Of a stretch of 64,000 nt of DNA, positions 42,596 to 53,000 are shown in pieces. Each line of letters begins with the position of its first letter. Within the stretch, counting starts at the first letter, position 1. The notes beneath the pieces are model-generated. The model made no database searches. It had not been told where the DNA came from and saw only the letters and a program-made list of their open reading frames with translations. Where the stretch lies: positions 1,302,001 through 1,366,000 of the forward strand of contig CBFFRQ010000069.1 in the NCBI GenBank assembly GCA_965644315.1, in the 5' to 3' direction. The translations under genes and the position numbers were made by a program. This stretch comes from Caecitellus pseudoparvulus. Lineage: Eukaryota; Protista; Bigyra: Bicosoecida.

Positions 42596-43911
42596 TCTGT
42601 TGGCTTGCCACACCACTTCTTGCGAAGAATTGAGACCCTGGTGGTCTGCTCTAGCACACGGAATGGCGTGGTGACCTGCAGCAACACAAAACCAGTAGCT
42701 ACCAACACAACTCCAATCCACCCGTTCACCGTCAAGACAGTGTGGTGCAGGAAGAAGTCAACGACAAAGCTGGTAGGCACCACCATCATGACGCCCACTG
42801 ACATAAAGACGGGATTAGTGATGGCAATACCGTACACTAGCAGCATATAATACCAGCTATCCAGGAAACCGTTCACAATGAGCATGGTGGTTTGGTACCG
42901 GTTCGGCAGAACAAAAGGCTCACTGAAAGGACCACTCTCGACAGCATTCAAAGCAAAGAAAACTGGCCACATGGTCAGCAGTGTCCCCAAGCCGATGATC
43001 GTGCTGACGAGCATAGGGAACTCGATCTGAAGCAGCCACTCATTCCACTGAGATACCAGCAGGGCTGCTGCATCTTGCTTCGTCGCTTGAGCGTTGAGGG
43101 AGTCACCTGAATGAACACGTGCCCCATCTTGAGGGGCAAGTCCTTCTTCCAACAAGGGCGCTTCAATGCCCACACTCCCTGCACTTGAAGACACATCCCC
43201 AGCCTTCTCCTGGCCATCACCACCCTCCCCTTCAAGCACATACTTGTACACCACTTCATACAACGCATAGCACCCCACCGAGACGAGGAGGAACAGGTAC
43301 CCACTCACGGTGACTTTCACGCCGTCGTGAGATGGCGAGCTTTTCGCCATGGCCATCACTGCAACTCCGACAACACACAAGGCAACCGACAGACCTTTCC
43401 TGATGCTTATGTCTTCATCGAGCAGCACTGCACTCAAGAGAAACACAAATACACTTGCACTTTGATAGATTGTCGTGTTTGGACCCACCTCAGTGCGCGG
43501 CAGGGACAGGTACCAAGCGTACGCAACCAGCACGAGAAGCCATGACATCCACAGCCCCAGCAGCGGCACATCCTTCCACTTCACTGGGTACCCTGGGTTG
43601 CTAAGCGACACTCCAGGCACAAAAGACGAACGATACCACAGCAATCCAGCCCAAGGCAGTGCAAACCACAAATATCCAACGTGAACCACCCTGCGAGGGG
43701 ATCGGCAGCCTTGCAGTGCGCATTGGGATGCGGAAATCGAGCAGCCTCTCTGCAACTGCGCAGGCAGAACGAACCAGCTAGTCATCCACGGCCGGTGAAA
43801 ACTTGACTCCAACCCCTGAAGCAACTCTGCCATGGCAATCCACAGCCCCACCATCGCAACTAGAGCCACTGCTGCTTGAACATAATCAAGGGTGGTACTC
43901 TTCCTGCTCAT
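42580..43911 (-). CDS. SLC35F/EamA (drug-metabolite transporter) family protein
   Basis: About 10 TM segments; WYLSLPRTEVGPNTTIYQSASVFVFLLSAVLLDE, YALYEVVYK, TNPVFMSVG..VPTSFVVD. In-frame intron 43691-43774. Start taken at MSRKS 43911. Confidence 0.88.
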   Translation of the reverse strand: MSRKSTTLDYVQAAVALVAMVGLWIAMAELLQGLESSFHRPWMTSWFVLPAQLQRGCSISASQCALQGCRSPRRVVHVGYLWFALPWAGLLWYRSSFVPGVSLSNPGYPVKWKDVPLLGLWMSWLLVLVAYAWYLSLPRTEVGPNTTIYQSASVFVFLLSAVLLDEDISIRKGLSVALCVVGVAVMAMAKSSPSHDGVKVTVSGYLFLLVSVGCYALYEVVYKYVLEGEGGDGQEKAGDVSSSAGSVGIEAPLLEEGLAPQDGARVHSGDSLNAQATKQDAAALLVSQWNEWLLQIEFPMLVSTIIGLGTLLTMWPVFFALNAVESGPFSEPFVLPNRYQTTMLIVNGFLDSWYYMLLVYGIAITNPVFMSVGVMMVVPTSFVVDFFLHHTVLTVNGWIGVVLVATGFVLLQVTTPFRVLEQTTRVSILRKKWCGKPTDQGEP

Positions 43912-46900
43912 GCTCGGACCAATTGCACCGCTCACAAGGGCGGAGAGGGAGTTCGCTTTCGAACGAGTGGTGGCGGGCAACACAACCAGGCACATGTGCT
44001 AACACACGATGAACGGCTTTGTTGTGTTCCCAAGGCGTTGTTGGCGTCCGCCCACTCTCCGTCAAGGGACACCCCAACCTTTCAACTCAGCTATCCATTC
44101 TTACCGTCTCTCCTCGCCAACCCGAAGCACTTTCGACGCATGAAAATCCTCACCCTCCAACTTGACACCTTGGACTTGACACATTCCGAGCAAATTCTAA
44201 TGCATGCACGATCACACATCCTGCTGGCCTTGGACTGAACCACAATCTCCAATCCCGACCAGAATAGCAAGCCGACCACCGCAAAACGCAGCAGACATCG
44301 CCGAGACTGACCCAAATGAACTCAGCATGAGCACCCTCTCCCTGCGCTCCACCATATTCGACAAGACATCTTACATGCTCACCACAGAACAGGGAGGAGC
44401 TGAAGGCCGCAGACAAGAATTCCCCGCATCCTCTTCCAGCTTTCTTGACACTGACGGCAGTGCCTTTCCATGCCTCAAAAGGTCATCAAAAGATTCATTC
44501 GAACGGCACACTTCACGCTCGAGTGCGTTTCAGGGTGGGGAAGTGTGCCAGCAGCTTCTCCAATGCACTAAGCAACAGGGTGCCATGAAGAATGCCCACA
44601 ATGCGGGCCAAGACATGAATGCAAGAGTTCCCTGGACATCCAGCGCTCAATGCACTTGACTCGGTGCATGCCTCAACTCAGCAAGGAAGTTGCTCTAACC
44701 ATCAATGACAGTCATACATGACCAACGCCCCTCACACTTGCAATCCTTGAAACTTTTACAAGCCATTCAGAAAGAGTTGCGCTCGTTGCACGTGTGCTCG
44801 TAATGGAATTGAGCTTCTTGGATATCGGGAGAAAGAGAAGCACTCAAAACCACATCTTGTCAAGTGAATGTATGCGCAACACGAGAGTGAGGGCGCATGC
44901 CAGTGTAGCTATATTATGACAGTACAATGCCAGGTATTGATCCACAGCGCACTCTGTGTCACGCCGCACCACTGACACAACCAAAGGATTTTTCTGTTCA
45001 TTCGGGCATTCCACCCATTTCATGACACATTCTAGAGCATGAATTAACGATAAATTCTTCAGAGTGTATAGTTAGAACTACATGCTATTTGCCTCTCTCC
45101 CTGAAGTGCCCTCACGAGTGAATCGCTACACTTGTCTGAACTGGCTGGTTGCTTAGTGTTGGATGGGGACGCTTTGCGATCTTCGAAGAAAATGATTGAG
45201 GAAAAAATATCTGGCATGCTTGCTGGCGGTATTCTTGCCGTCTGGGAACGTTTCGCAGCGATTCTCTTGCCATTTTGATTGTTGAAGTCTCCCTTGCGCA
45301 CGAGCACAGTACTTTGCTATTTCTCAGAGAATGTAAGAGAAGACTGCACCTTCTCTAGACCAGTTTACATTGACCCAGGGAGAAAGGAAAGACAAAGAAG
45401 TCTTTGTTTAGTGTGTGTCAGAATGTTCTGCTTTCACTTCAAAACAATGTTTGGTTCTGTATGGGGGATCTTGCAATCTTCGAACACAGTGCAATCAAGA
45501 TTGATAACCCCTTTCGGCGAGACTCTGATTGGCTCCCTCGGATGAACAGCCAGCAGCTCAATTATTCATGGATTGACTATTGTCTAGCATGGTCAGCTTT
45601 GAGCGATGCTGCGCAGAGCTGATGTTCAACGGTAGACTGCATGCCGGAGCGGTTTCCCGTACTGCAGCAGAATGAGAATGGCACGCATCATGAAGATGAA
45701 GAGAATCGAACGGTTCGATACCCGACTATTCTTCATGCATCTACAGTGCATAGAATTGTATGGTAGCATTAACAAAATAGACTGCGAGTAAAACTTCGTT
45801 CTTTTTGTATCTGTCTGTCATGTTGCAGTGCACCTCATCATCCTTGCTAGTTGACCGGAATGGTGATGCAAGTTGAATGGGTGGCTTTTGTGCAATCCAC
45901 AAGCATAAGACAGGTTGAAAGAATTGCTGCAGGAGACTGAACACTGCCCGGAGGAATCAAGCGCGGAAGTGCACCGTACGTGTGAGTGAATGCCAAGGTC
46001 AAACGAGTGATGTTTGATGAATCGGGCTCGAGGCCAACCCAAAAACAGTTACACGAGTCGTGATTGTCCGCTGCAGATTTACGGTCTTGGCGTGGCAGAT
46101 TACTTTGGTGTCAAACTTGCAAACCTTGTGGAGATTCCGAGAATGCATGCATGTTTGGGCAAGTTTCAGCGCACAAAGCCACTAAGAATGGTCTTTGATA
46201 GGCATCTTGTTGATTGATCGAAGTAAAAGGTGTTGAAGCAACCATGGTTCCTATGGGTAGTTGACATGGGAGTCGGGATCATCACCAGTTCAGTCATTCT
46301 TTGTTTTCTTTATTTGCGCTTAAGGACAGCCATCCACCAGCGTTCCTTTGTGGCTTCCTGCGAGAGTTCTGTTCCTGCAGTTTCGAGTGCACCATGAAAG
46401 CATTTAATACAAGGGAAGCTAGTGAAGCATGTTCGCAGTGCTTTGTTGAGTGCGCAAGCACAAGCTTTCTTATCGTTTTGCTCGCGGTTGTAGCCATTTA
46501 CCACACACAGCCTTGCAGCATGCCTAACTCTTTGCGTGCATCGTGTCAAACAACCTTCACAGATCGCCTTTTGGTTTGTTCAACCTCTCGCAAGGCATGT
46601 GTCACGAAATCACAGCAAACCAAACACCTGTGAGCCAGTGCAAAGAAGGCCAAGTTGTCTGCGGATCGGTGTATGTAAATGCGCAGCTAAGCTTGATGCA
46701 CAAGTTTGCAGCGAAAGGGCAGAAGGTCATGAAAACTGGAAACCATGTGCCGTGAGCGAAGTACTTTTTTGGTTTTGCTGATCCGTTGTCACACAAGAGT
46801 GTCATTCTACCTACCTTTCGGTGTTGTGTGCCCTTGTTGGCATTTGGCTATGATCTACAATTCTCAGTTCTTGTATATTGCGTGGAGAGAGCGCACAGTT

Positions 46901-47328
46901 TGCATTTGCTTGGGATTTTCCACTGTTTTCTCGTTGTCGCTGGTGAGTCTGTGAGGTTCTGTTTCTGGCCGGGAGTACGGGGAGGTAAGTGACTCAGTGG
47001 TCAGTCTCGTGCGCGTTTTCCAGCCAGTGACACTCCAGACTATTCGACCCGCACATGTTCTTGTGTTAATAATTGTGTGGTAGGTGGTTTGAGGGTTTCG
47101 TATCCATCACATGGCCGCACGTTGAGGTATGAGACGTTGTGCGACTGTTGGATGAGGGGGATGGCCAGGCTCTCCTGTGACAGTCTTCCCCAGTTCAGCG
47201 ATCAAAATCAAACTCTGGGACATCCTAAGGCGGTGCAAGCAGAATATGGATGGCTGTGAATGGGACTGGTGCCCATGCGTAGCCTGCGTTGCTCGCGAGG
47301 CTGACTTCAGCGCGGAGGTGCAAGTTCG
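43912..47328. other. Gene-free low-GC island; candidate centromere and/or replication origin
   Basis: This is the only intergenic gap longer than about 0.9 kb in the window, and it has no credible ORF. Hand-counted 60-mers are 30-42% GC, versus 68-75% in distal genes. The left flank is C/A-rich and the right flank G/T-rich. Confidence 0.55.
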
Positions 47329-48431
47329 ATGGCAGCTGTGAGTGGTTTTGCTGGCATCGTCAGCCGGTCGTGGAGGCTACCAGATGGGTGCAATGTTGAA
47401 ATCCAGCACAACACCATTTTGGGCGGCTTCGATGTGTTTGTCGATGGCGAAAAGGTCCCAGGAGGGAATGGCACGCTTTCGATATTTGGGTCCAGTGCGG
47501 AAATTGTGGTGCAGAGCACAGCTTGCAAAGCAACTGTGCACATTGAGCGGGAAGGAGGACGAGTACGATACGCGTGTCGTACTGGAGGGAAAGAGGTGCA
47601 AGAACTCTCTGAAGCTCTGGCTACTGCTGGGGCTGAGGAGTTCGCGCAAACGTCAATCGTGGCCGCGTATGTTGGCTTGGATGCGGGAGGCAGCAAAGCT
47701 GCGTGGTACCAGGTCAAAAGCACAGCTCCAAATGGTGGTGGGGTTTTGAGCTCTGTGCACAGGCGATTCAACGAGTTTGCCTCCCTTCGAGAGGCTGTTC
47801 TTGCGAGCTTGAGTGGCTCTCAGCTCGCTTCTCAAGCTCCCCCACTCCCGTCGAAGCAGTCGATGTTTGTGAATCACTTCTCTGCGGAGTTTCTGCAAGC
47901 CCGAATGGGTAAGTTCCAGCATCAACTGTGCAAAGCGGTTGTTGCACTGACAAGGACGCAATCGCAGGCGCGCTGGAGGTGTTTTTGAGCAATCTCGTGG
48001 GAATGCCAGGCATGCACTTGAGCGAGGACTTGCGCACTTTTCTTGGCACAATCGACGATACTGTGGAGTATAGCTTGGTCTTCCACGAGAAAAAGCTGGG
48101 GCTTTCGTTCCATTCCGACTCTGGCCGAGTCTCATTGAAGAGCTCCCCCGGCATTGACGACCTCAGTCGCTTCGAAGGCTGTGTGGCTCCCAGAGCAGGT
48201 GATGTGTGAGTTCTTGTGGGCGAGCTGTGATCTGCCGCTCCCTTTTCACTCACCCTTTTCGTGTGCAGGTTGAGTCGCATCAATGGGGAGTCGTGCCTGG
48301 GCATTGCATTCGACACTTGCATCGCACTGGTTCAAGCGCAGCCGCGGCCACTTCTTCTGCACTTCCTGGGGCCTCAAAGGCAGCACGGTGCGCCCGAGCA
48401 GGGTGCAGCTGGTGGGCACGGGTTGGAGTGA
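47329..48431 (+). CDS. FAIM-like + PX + PDZ domain protein, about 326 aa, 3 exons
   Basis: WRLPDGCNVEIQHNTILGGFDVFVDGEKV (FAIM1-like); PX VHRRFNEFASLR..PPLPSK..FLQARMGALEVFL..LRTFL; PDZ KKLGLSF..GDVLSRINGES..IALVQAQPRPLLLHF. Introns 47909-47967 and 48206-48268. Confidence 0.78.
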
Positions 48432-48477
48432 GCGAATCGTGGGTGGGCGAGCAGCTGTTATTGGCTGCTAAAGCCAG

Positions 48478-49809
48478 TCACTGTGTGTCGCGCTTGCTGG
48501 CTTGGGCGAGCCTTGCCAGAGCTTTGGCTTGGGAGGCTTTGCACATAAGCGGGGTTCCAACAGTCACATGGTACTCGCAGCTCCCGTTTTCCCGAACAGA
48601 TAGGATGCGGTAAGGGGTCGTATCAGTGCTAGAGTCTGAGGCATTGCATCTGCTGTGGCCTGAGATGCCCCTTTGCAGCGGCCCAAACAGCCATGAAGGC
48701 GTTGGTCGCAGATCATCGCAGACCGAATTCACGATCACGAATCGGCGGGCAGGTGCTCCTGGCACAGAAGTGGCACATGGTTCTCCATGGCTCATGACGT
48801 AGGTGCGTGAGGCCACACTGCCAGGGAGCAGAGCTTGCAGTAGCTCTGGCCGCTTGTGGAGAACCCGAACCGCAGCATCCTCACCTCCTTCTGAGGACTC
48901 AACTGCCACGGCCAGGTCGGGCATCATGGTTGGAAAGGCATTTTCTTGCAGTGCTGCGTTTGCCGTCAGTGACTCCCTGTCGGAGGTCACTGCCAATTTG
49001 GCTCGAAGCCAGCTCACGAGGTGGGCCTCCCATGCAGGTGCAACGCTTCCATTACTCTCATCATCAATCTGCTGGTTCAGCCAAACACCGCCTACCACAG
49101 ACTGAGCACCTGTTTCTGAGTTCTGAGTGAGGTTCCTAAAGGCACAGAGGCGAAAGACTTGCTGGTCTGGCAGAGGCTTTGCGCTGCCGCCCTTCGTCCA
49201 CTTCTCTGACAACGTGCATGTCTCGGCACACCCTGACGCTAAGAGAGCCAAGAAATATGGCGCACTTCCCCAAGGCGTGACGTTGGCAGCGTCAGCCATC
49301 GCATGCTCCATGGACGCCTGGCTTGCAGCAGCATGCGCGGAACGAAGGAGGTTGATTTTGGAGGGAGAAAGCCGAGAATTCCCCTTGGATTCCTCCGAAA
49401 ATTTTGCGTTTAATTCATGAAAGTGTTGCACATACTTGCGTGCTTCTTCCCCAGATGCCTCGGCCCATGCCGCGATCGTGCGAAGCTTGCGAGCAGTGGA
49501 GGACTTTGTTGGGCGAAGGGAGCGAGCTAGCTTTGCTCCTTGAGCGAACATGGAAGCAGCTTCCTTGACCACACCCTCTTTGATTTTCGAGGCAAGGGCG
49601 CAAACGTCAGCGTTCGGGGTGTGCATGGCGCGTGTGGAAGGAAAGGCCAGTGCACCTTCATCTGACGCATCACAGCAATCGGGGAAGCCATCACCCTGCT
49701 TGCTTGCTGGCAACTGAAACCCATCTAAAGGGCACTCAAGGCCTGCTATTGACAGCAGCATGCCAGCGAGAAGGAAGAGCAGCAGCAGGCCTCTGCTCCA
49801 AAGCTGCAT
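48478..49809 (-). CDS. Glucosidase II beta/PRKCSH-like secretory protein (LDLa-like + MRH)
   Basis: Signal peptide MQLWSRGLLLLFLLAGMLLSIAG; GDGFPDCCDASDE; coiled coil; MRH-like FRLCAFRNLTQ..GEPC..ILSVRENGSCEYHVTVGTPLMC. Confidence 0.8.
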   Translation of the reverse strand: MQLWSRGLLLLFLLAGMLLSIAGLECPLDGFQLPASKQGDGFPDCCDASDEGALAFPSTRAMHTPNADVCALASKIKEGVVKEAASMFAQGAKLARSLRPTKSSTARKLRTIAAWAEASGEEARKYVQHFHELNAKFSEESKGNSRLSPSKINLLRSAHAAASQASMEHAMADAANVTPWGSAPYFLALLASGCAETCTLSEKWTKGGSAKPLPDQQVFRLCAFRNLTQNSETGAQSVVGGVWLNQQIDDESNGSVAPAWEAHLVSWLRAKLAVTSDRESLTANAALQENAFPTMMPDLAVAVESSEGGEDAAVRVLHKRPELLQALLPGSVASRTYVMSHGEPCATSVPGAPARRFVIVNSVCDDLRPTPSWLFGPLQRGISGHSRCNASDSSTDTTPYRILSVRENGSCEYHVTVGTPLMCKASQAKALARLAQASKRDTQ

Positions 49810-49818
49810 TGCGGAAAT
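49810..49818 (-). promoter_or_regulatory. ATTTCCGCA element directly abutting the PRKCSH-like ATG
   Basis: CAATTTCCGCAATG on the minus strand. Confidence 0.6.
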
Positions 49819-50026
49819 TGGCTACGCTTCGCACGGACAAAGCGTACAGATTGCTCCTCTCACACTGCCATGGAATGGGAATGTACATTGAGAGTGTTGC
49901 ATGTTTGTATTGGTAACTGGAGGGTCCAGATTTTGCTGTGATGGCCCCTTTCACAAGTGCCTCACAGCAGAAGCTGGGGAGTGGCGTCTTGTCGTGCTGG
50001 ATGTGCAGGCTGCTGCAGCTGCAAAT

Positions 50027-53000
50027 TCAGCGAGAGCTGTGGGACTTGCAGTTGAAGGAAGTGACGTGGACAAAACAAGAGCCTGATTCGTCTCCACCAT
50101 CCCCGCTGCTCTCTTCAGCCTGTACTGGGGCACTCGCTGAAGTTGTGGGCTCCTGGTCTCCTCCAGCGGAGCTGCTTCGAGCTGCATCTCCGAACATGCC
50201 CGCAAAGAACGCTTGGGTTTGAGCCAAGAGCGAAGTTTCTGGTCCCTGTGCAGAACTCTCGGCCGCTTGGGTGCTGTCCTTGTGCTTTGCGCCCATTCGC
50301 CGCTGCAGCTGCTCTACCCTGCTGCAGTGCTTCTCAGTCGCGGCCGAGAATCGCATGACTTGTTGGTGCACGCCTTGCAGGCGAGCATGCAAATCTTGCA
50401 CTGTCTGCTGTGAGACCAAGAGCTCACTTCGTGCTTTTCTTGCCTCCAAGTTTGCTTCTGTGACTGAAGCACGCATCCCTGCTCTTGCTTTGCTCCAGGA
50501 GGCTTGAAGATCTGCTCTCATTCGCTCGAGAGCTTGAATCTTGCTTGCACTGTAGCTCAGCCTCCTCTTCAGCGCAGCACACTCTCTATCAAGCACATCC
50601 TTTGCCTTTAAAGCATCCTCCGCCGTCGTTGCATCGGCCTCAGCTGTCTCCCTCGCTTCGCTCAGCATTTGCTCCAGCTGAACCCGCTGGTCAGAGGCCT
50701 GGCGAATCTCACGAGAGAGTTGCTCCACAGTTGTCTCTTTTGAAGACAGCTGGGTCTCGAGCTTCTTAACCGTTTGCTGAACCGCCTCTCTCTCGTCCTG
50801 CACCGCAGAGAGCTCTTGCTGTACTTGGCGCATGTGAAGCTCGTGCTGACTGTCTGCTTCTGCAACAGCCGCATCGCGCTCAGCCAGTGTGGTGGTGAGG
50901 GTGCCCACCTCCGCATCGCGCTCAGCCAGTGTGGTGGTGAGGGTGCCCACCTCCGCATCGCGCTCAGCCAGTGTGGTGGTGAGGGTGCCCACCTCCGCAT
51001 CGCGCTCAGCCAGTGTGGTGGTGAGGGTGCCCACCTCCGCATCACGCTCAGCCAGTGTGGTGGTGAGGGTGCCCACCTCCGCATCGCGCTCAGCCAGTGT
51101 GGAGGTGAGGGTGCCCACCTCCGCATCGCGCTCAGCCAGTGTGGTGGTGAGGGTGCCCACCTCTGCATCGCGCTCAGCCAGTGTGGTGGTGAGGGTGCCC
51201 ACCTCCGCATCGCGCTCAGCCAGTGTGGTGGTGAGGGTGCCCACCTCCGCATCGCGCTCAGCCAGTGTGGTGGTGAGGGTGCCCACCTCCGCATCGCGCT
51301 CAGCCAGTGTGGTGGTGAGGGTGCCCACCTCCGCATCGCGCTCAGCCAGTGTGGTGGTGAGGGTGCCCACCTCCGCATCGCGCTCAGCCAGTGTGGTGGT
51401 GAGGGTGCCCACCTCTGCATCGCGCTCAGCCAGTGTGGTGGTGAGGGTGCCCACCTCTGCATCACGCTCAGCCAGTGTGGTGGTGAGGGTGCCCACCTCC
51501 GCATCGCGCTCAGCCAGTGTGGTGGTGAGGGTGCCCACCTCCGCATCGCGCTCAGCCAGTGTGGTGGTGAGGGTGCCCACCTCCGCATCGCGCTCAGCCA
51601 GTGTGGTGGTGAGGGTGCCCACCTCCGCATCGCGCTCAGCCAGTGTGGTGGTGAGGGTGCCCACCTCTGCATCGCGCTCAGCCAGTGTGGTGGTGAGGGT
51701 GCCCACCTCCGCATCGCGCTCAGCCAGTGTGGTGGTGAGGGTGCCCACCTCTGCATCACGCTCAGCCAGTGTGGTGGTGAGGGTGCCCACCTCCGCATCG
51801 CGCTCAGCCAGTGTGGTGGTGAGGGTGCCCACCTCCGCATCGCGCTCAGCCAGTGTGGTGGTGAGGGTGCCCACCTCCGCATCACGCTCAGCCAGTGTGG
51901 TGGTGAGGGTGCCCACCTCCGCATCACGCTCAGCCAGTGTGGTGGTGAGGGTGCCCACCTCCGCATCACGCTCAGCCAGTGTGGTGGTGAGGGTGCCCAC
52001 CTCCGCATCACGCTTTTCAACGGTTGCCTGGGCTTTGGCGAGGTCATCCTTTGTGGCCTGAGACCTTGCTTGTTCGTCCTGAACAGCAGTGCGGGCCGCT
52101 GCAAGCGTTGACAAGGCAGAGTCTTGCTTTTCTTGTGCGGCCACTTGGTCAGCTTGGCGCTGTTCAGTCGCTTCTGCAACAAGTCCTCGAAGTCTCGCCG
52201 ACTCTGCAGCCATGTCACGTAGGCGCTTGCGTGTTTTCTCTAGGGTTTGTTCGAGGCCTACTTTTTCTTCAGAGAGCGCTCTGAGCTCCGCTACTTGGGA
52301 ATGAACTTGCTGCTGAAGCTGCACAGAGCGCTCCTCTTGAGCTCTCAGGACATCGTCAGCATCTTCGGCGGCATGAGATAGTTCCTTCACGCGGACTCTG
52401 AGAGCAATGAGCTCTTCTCGCAGTTTTGAATCCGCGGCAGCCCCAGCAATCTGCCTTGCTTCATCACGCTCGTCAGTGACGAGTCGCAGCTCATTAACCA
52501 GCTTCTGCTTATCTGCACATGCCAGGCGATATGAAAACTCAAGTCCTTGCATGCGGATGTTCTTTGCCTCGCCATCTTGCTTGGCCACCGACAAAGCAGC
52601 TTGCAAGGCTGTCACATGTGCCCTGTAGCGATTCTCAGCTTCCACCATTCGCAAGGCAGCAGCTCGTTGGCTCTTGGCGTGTCCCTTGCGGTACACAGCG
52701 TCGTCTCTGACACACCCAAAGAGAGTCTCTGGGCTCTTCATGAGCTCAGCCTCCGCCAAAACTGTTGCTCTTGGAGAGGGAGAATCACCATGGTTCTCTG
52801 GCAGTAGTCCCTCACACCCATCTGTACTCTCTCGAGGAGGGGCGGGGGTGTACATGCTTGGCAAGCTGCTTTCCTCATCTGAGTCGATGCACTGCAATGC
52901 AGGGCCAGGGCTGCTGGGCGTACTGCAGGGCTCGGCACTTGCCCCACTCTTTGCAGCAGGAGTGCGAGGCAATACAAGGACTGTATGGTTTCTGGCTTTT

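Noticed and set aside
45670-45735. tRNA gene around GGTTCGATACCCG
   Set aside because: No 5-bp T-stem, acceptor stem or anticodon arm can be formed.
44204-46992. Short ORFs in the island (e.g. 44204-44659, 46301-46633) or a gene using an alternative genetic code
   Set aside because: They have no motifs and atypical codon usage, and I saw no frame that becomes protein-like when stops are ignored. Conserved genes in the window end at TAA, TAG and TGA, consistent with the standard code.
44083-47262. Terminal inverted repeats bounding the island (CAACTCAGCTATCCATTCT vs AGAATATGGATGGCTGTG)
   Set aside because: The match is short, gapped and mismatched, and is explainable by the mirror compositional skew. 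I saw no target-site duplication or transposase remnant.
50869-52014. The 42-bp array as a CRISPR array
   Set aside because: Units are head-to-tail with no unique spacers, lie in frame inside a kinesin, have no cas genes nearby, and the context is eukaryotic.
50662-52218. Alternative-frame repeat ORFs (518, 445 and 390 aa) as overlapping genes
   Set aside because: A 3n repeat unit that happens to lack stops gives long ORFs automatically. The recurrent variants are silent in the kinesin frame but change residues in two of the three alternative frames.
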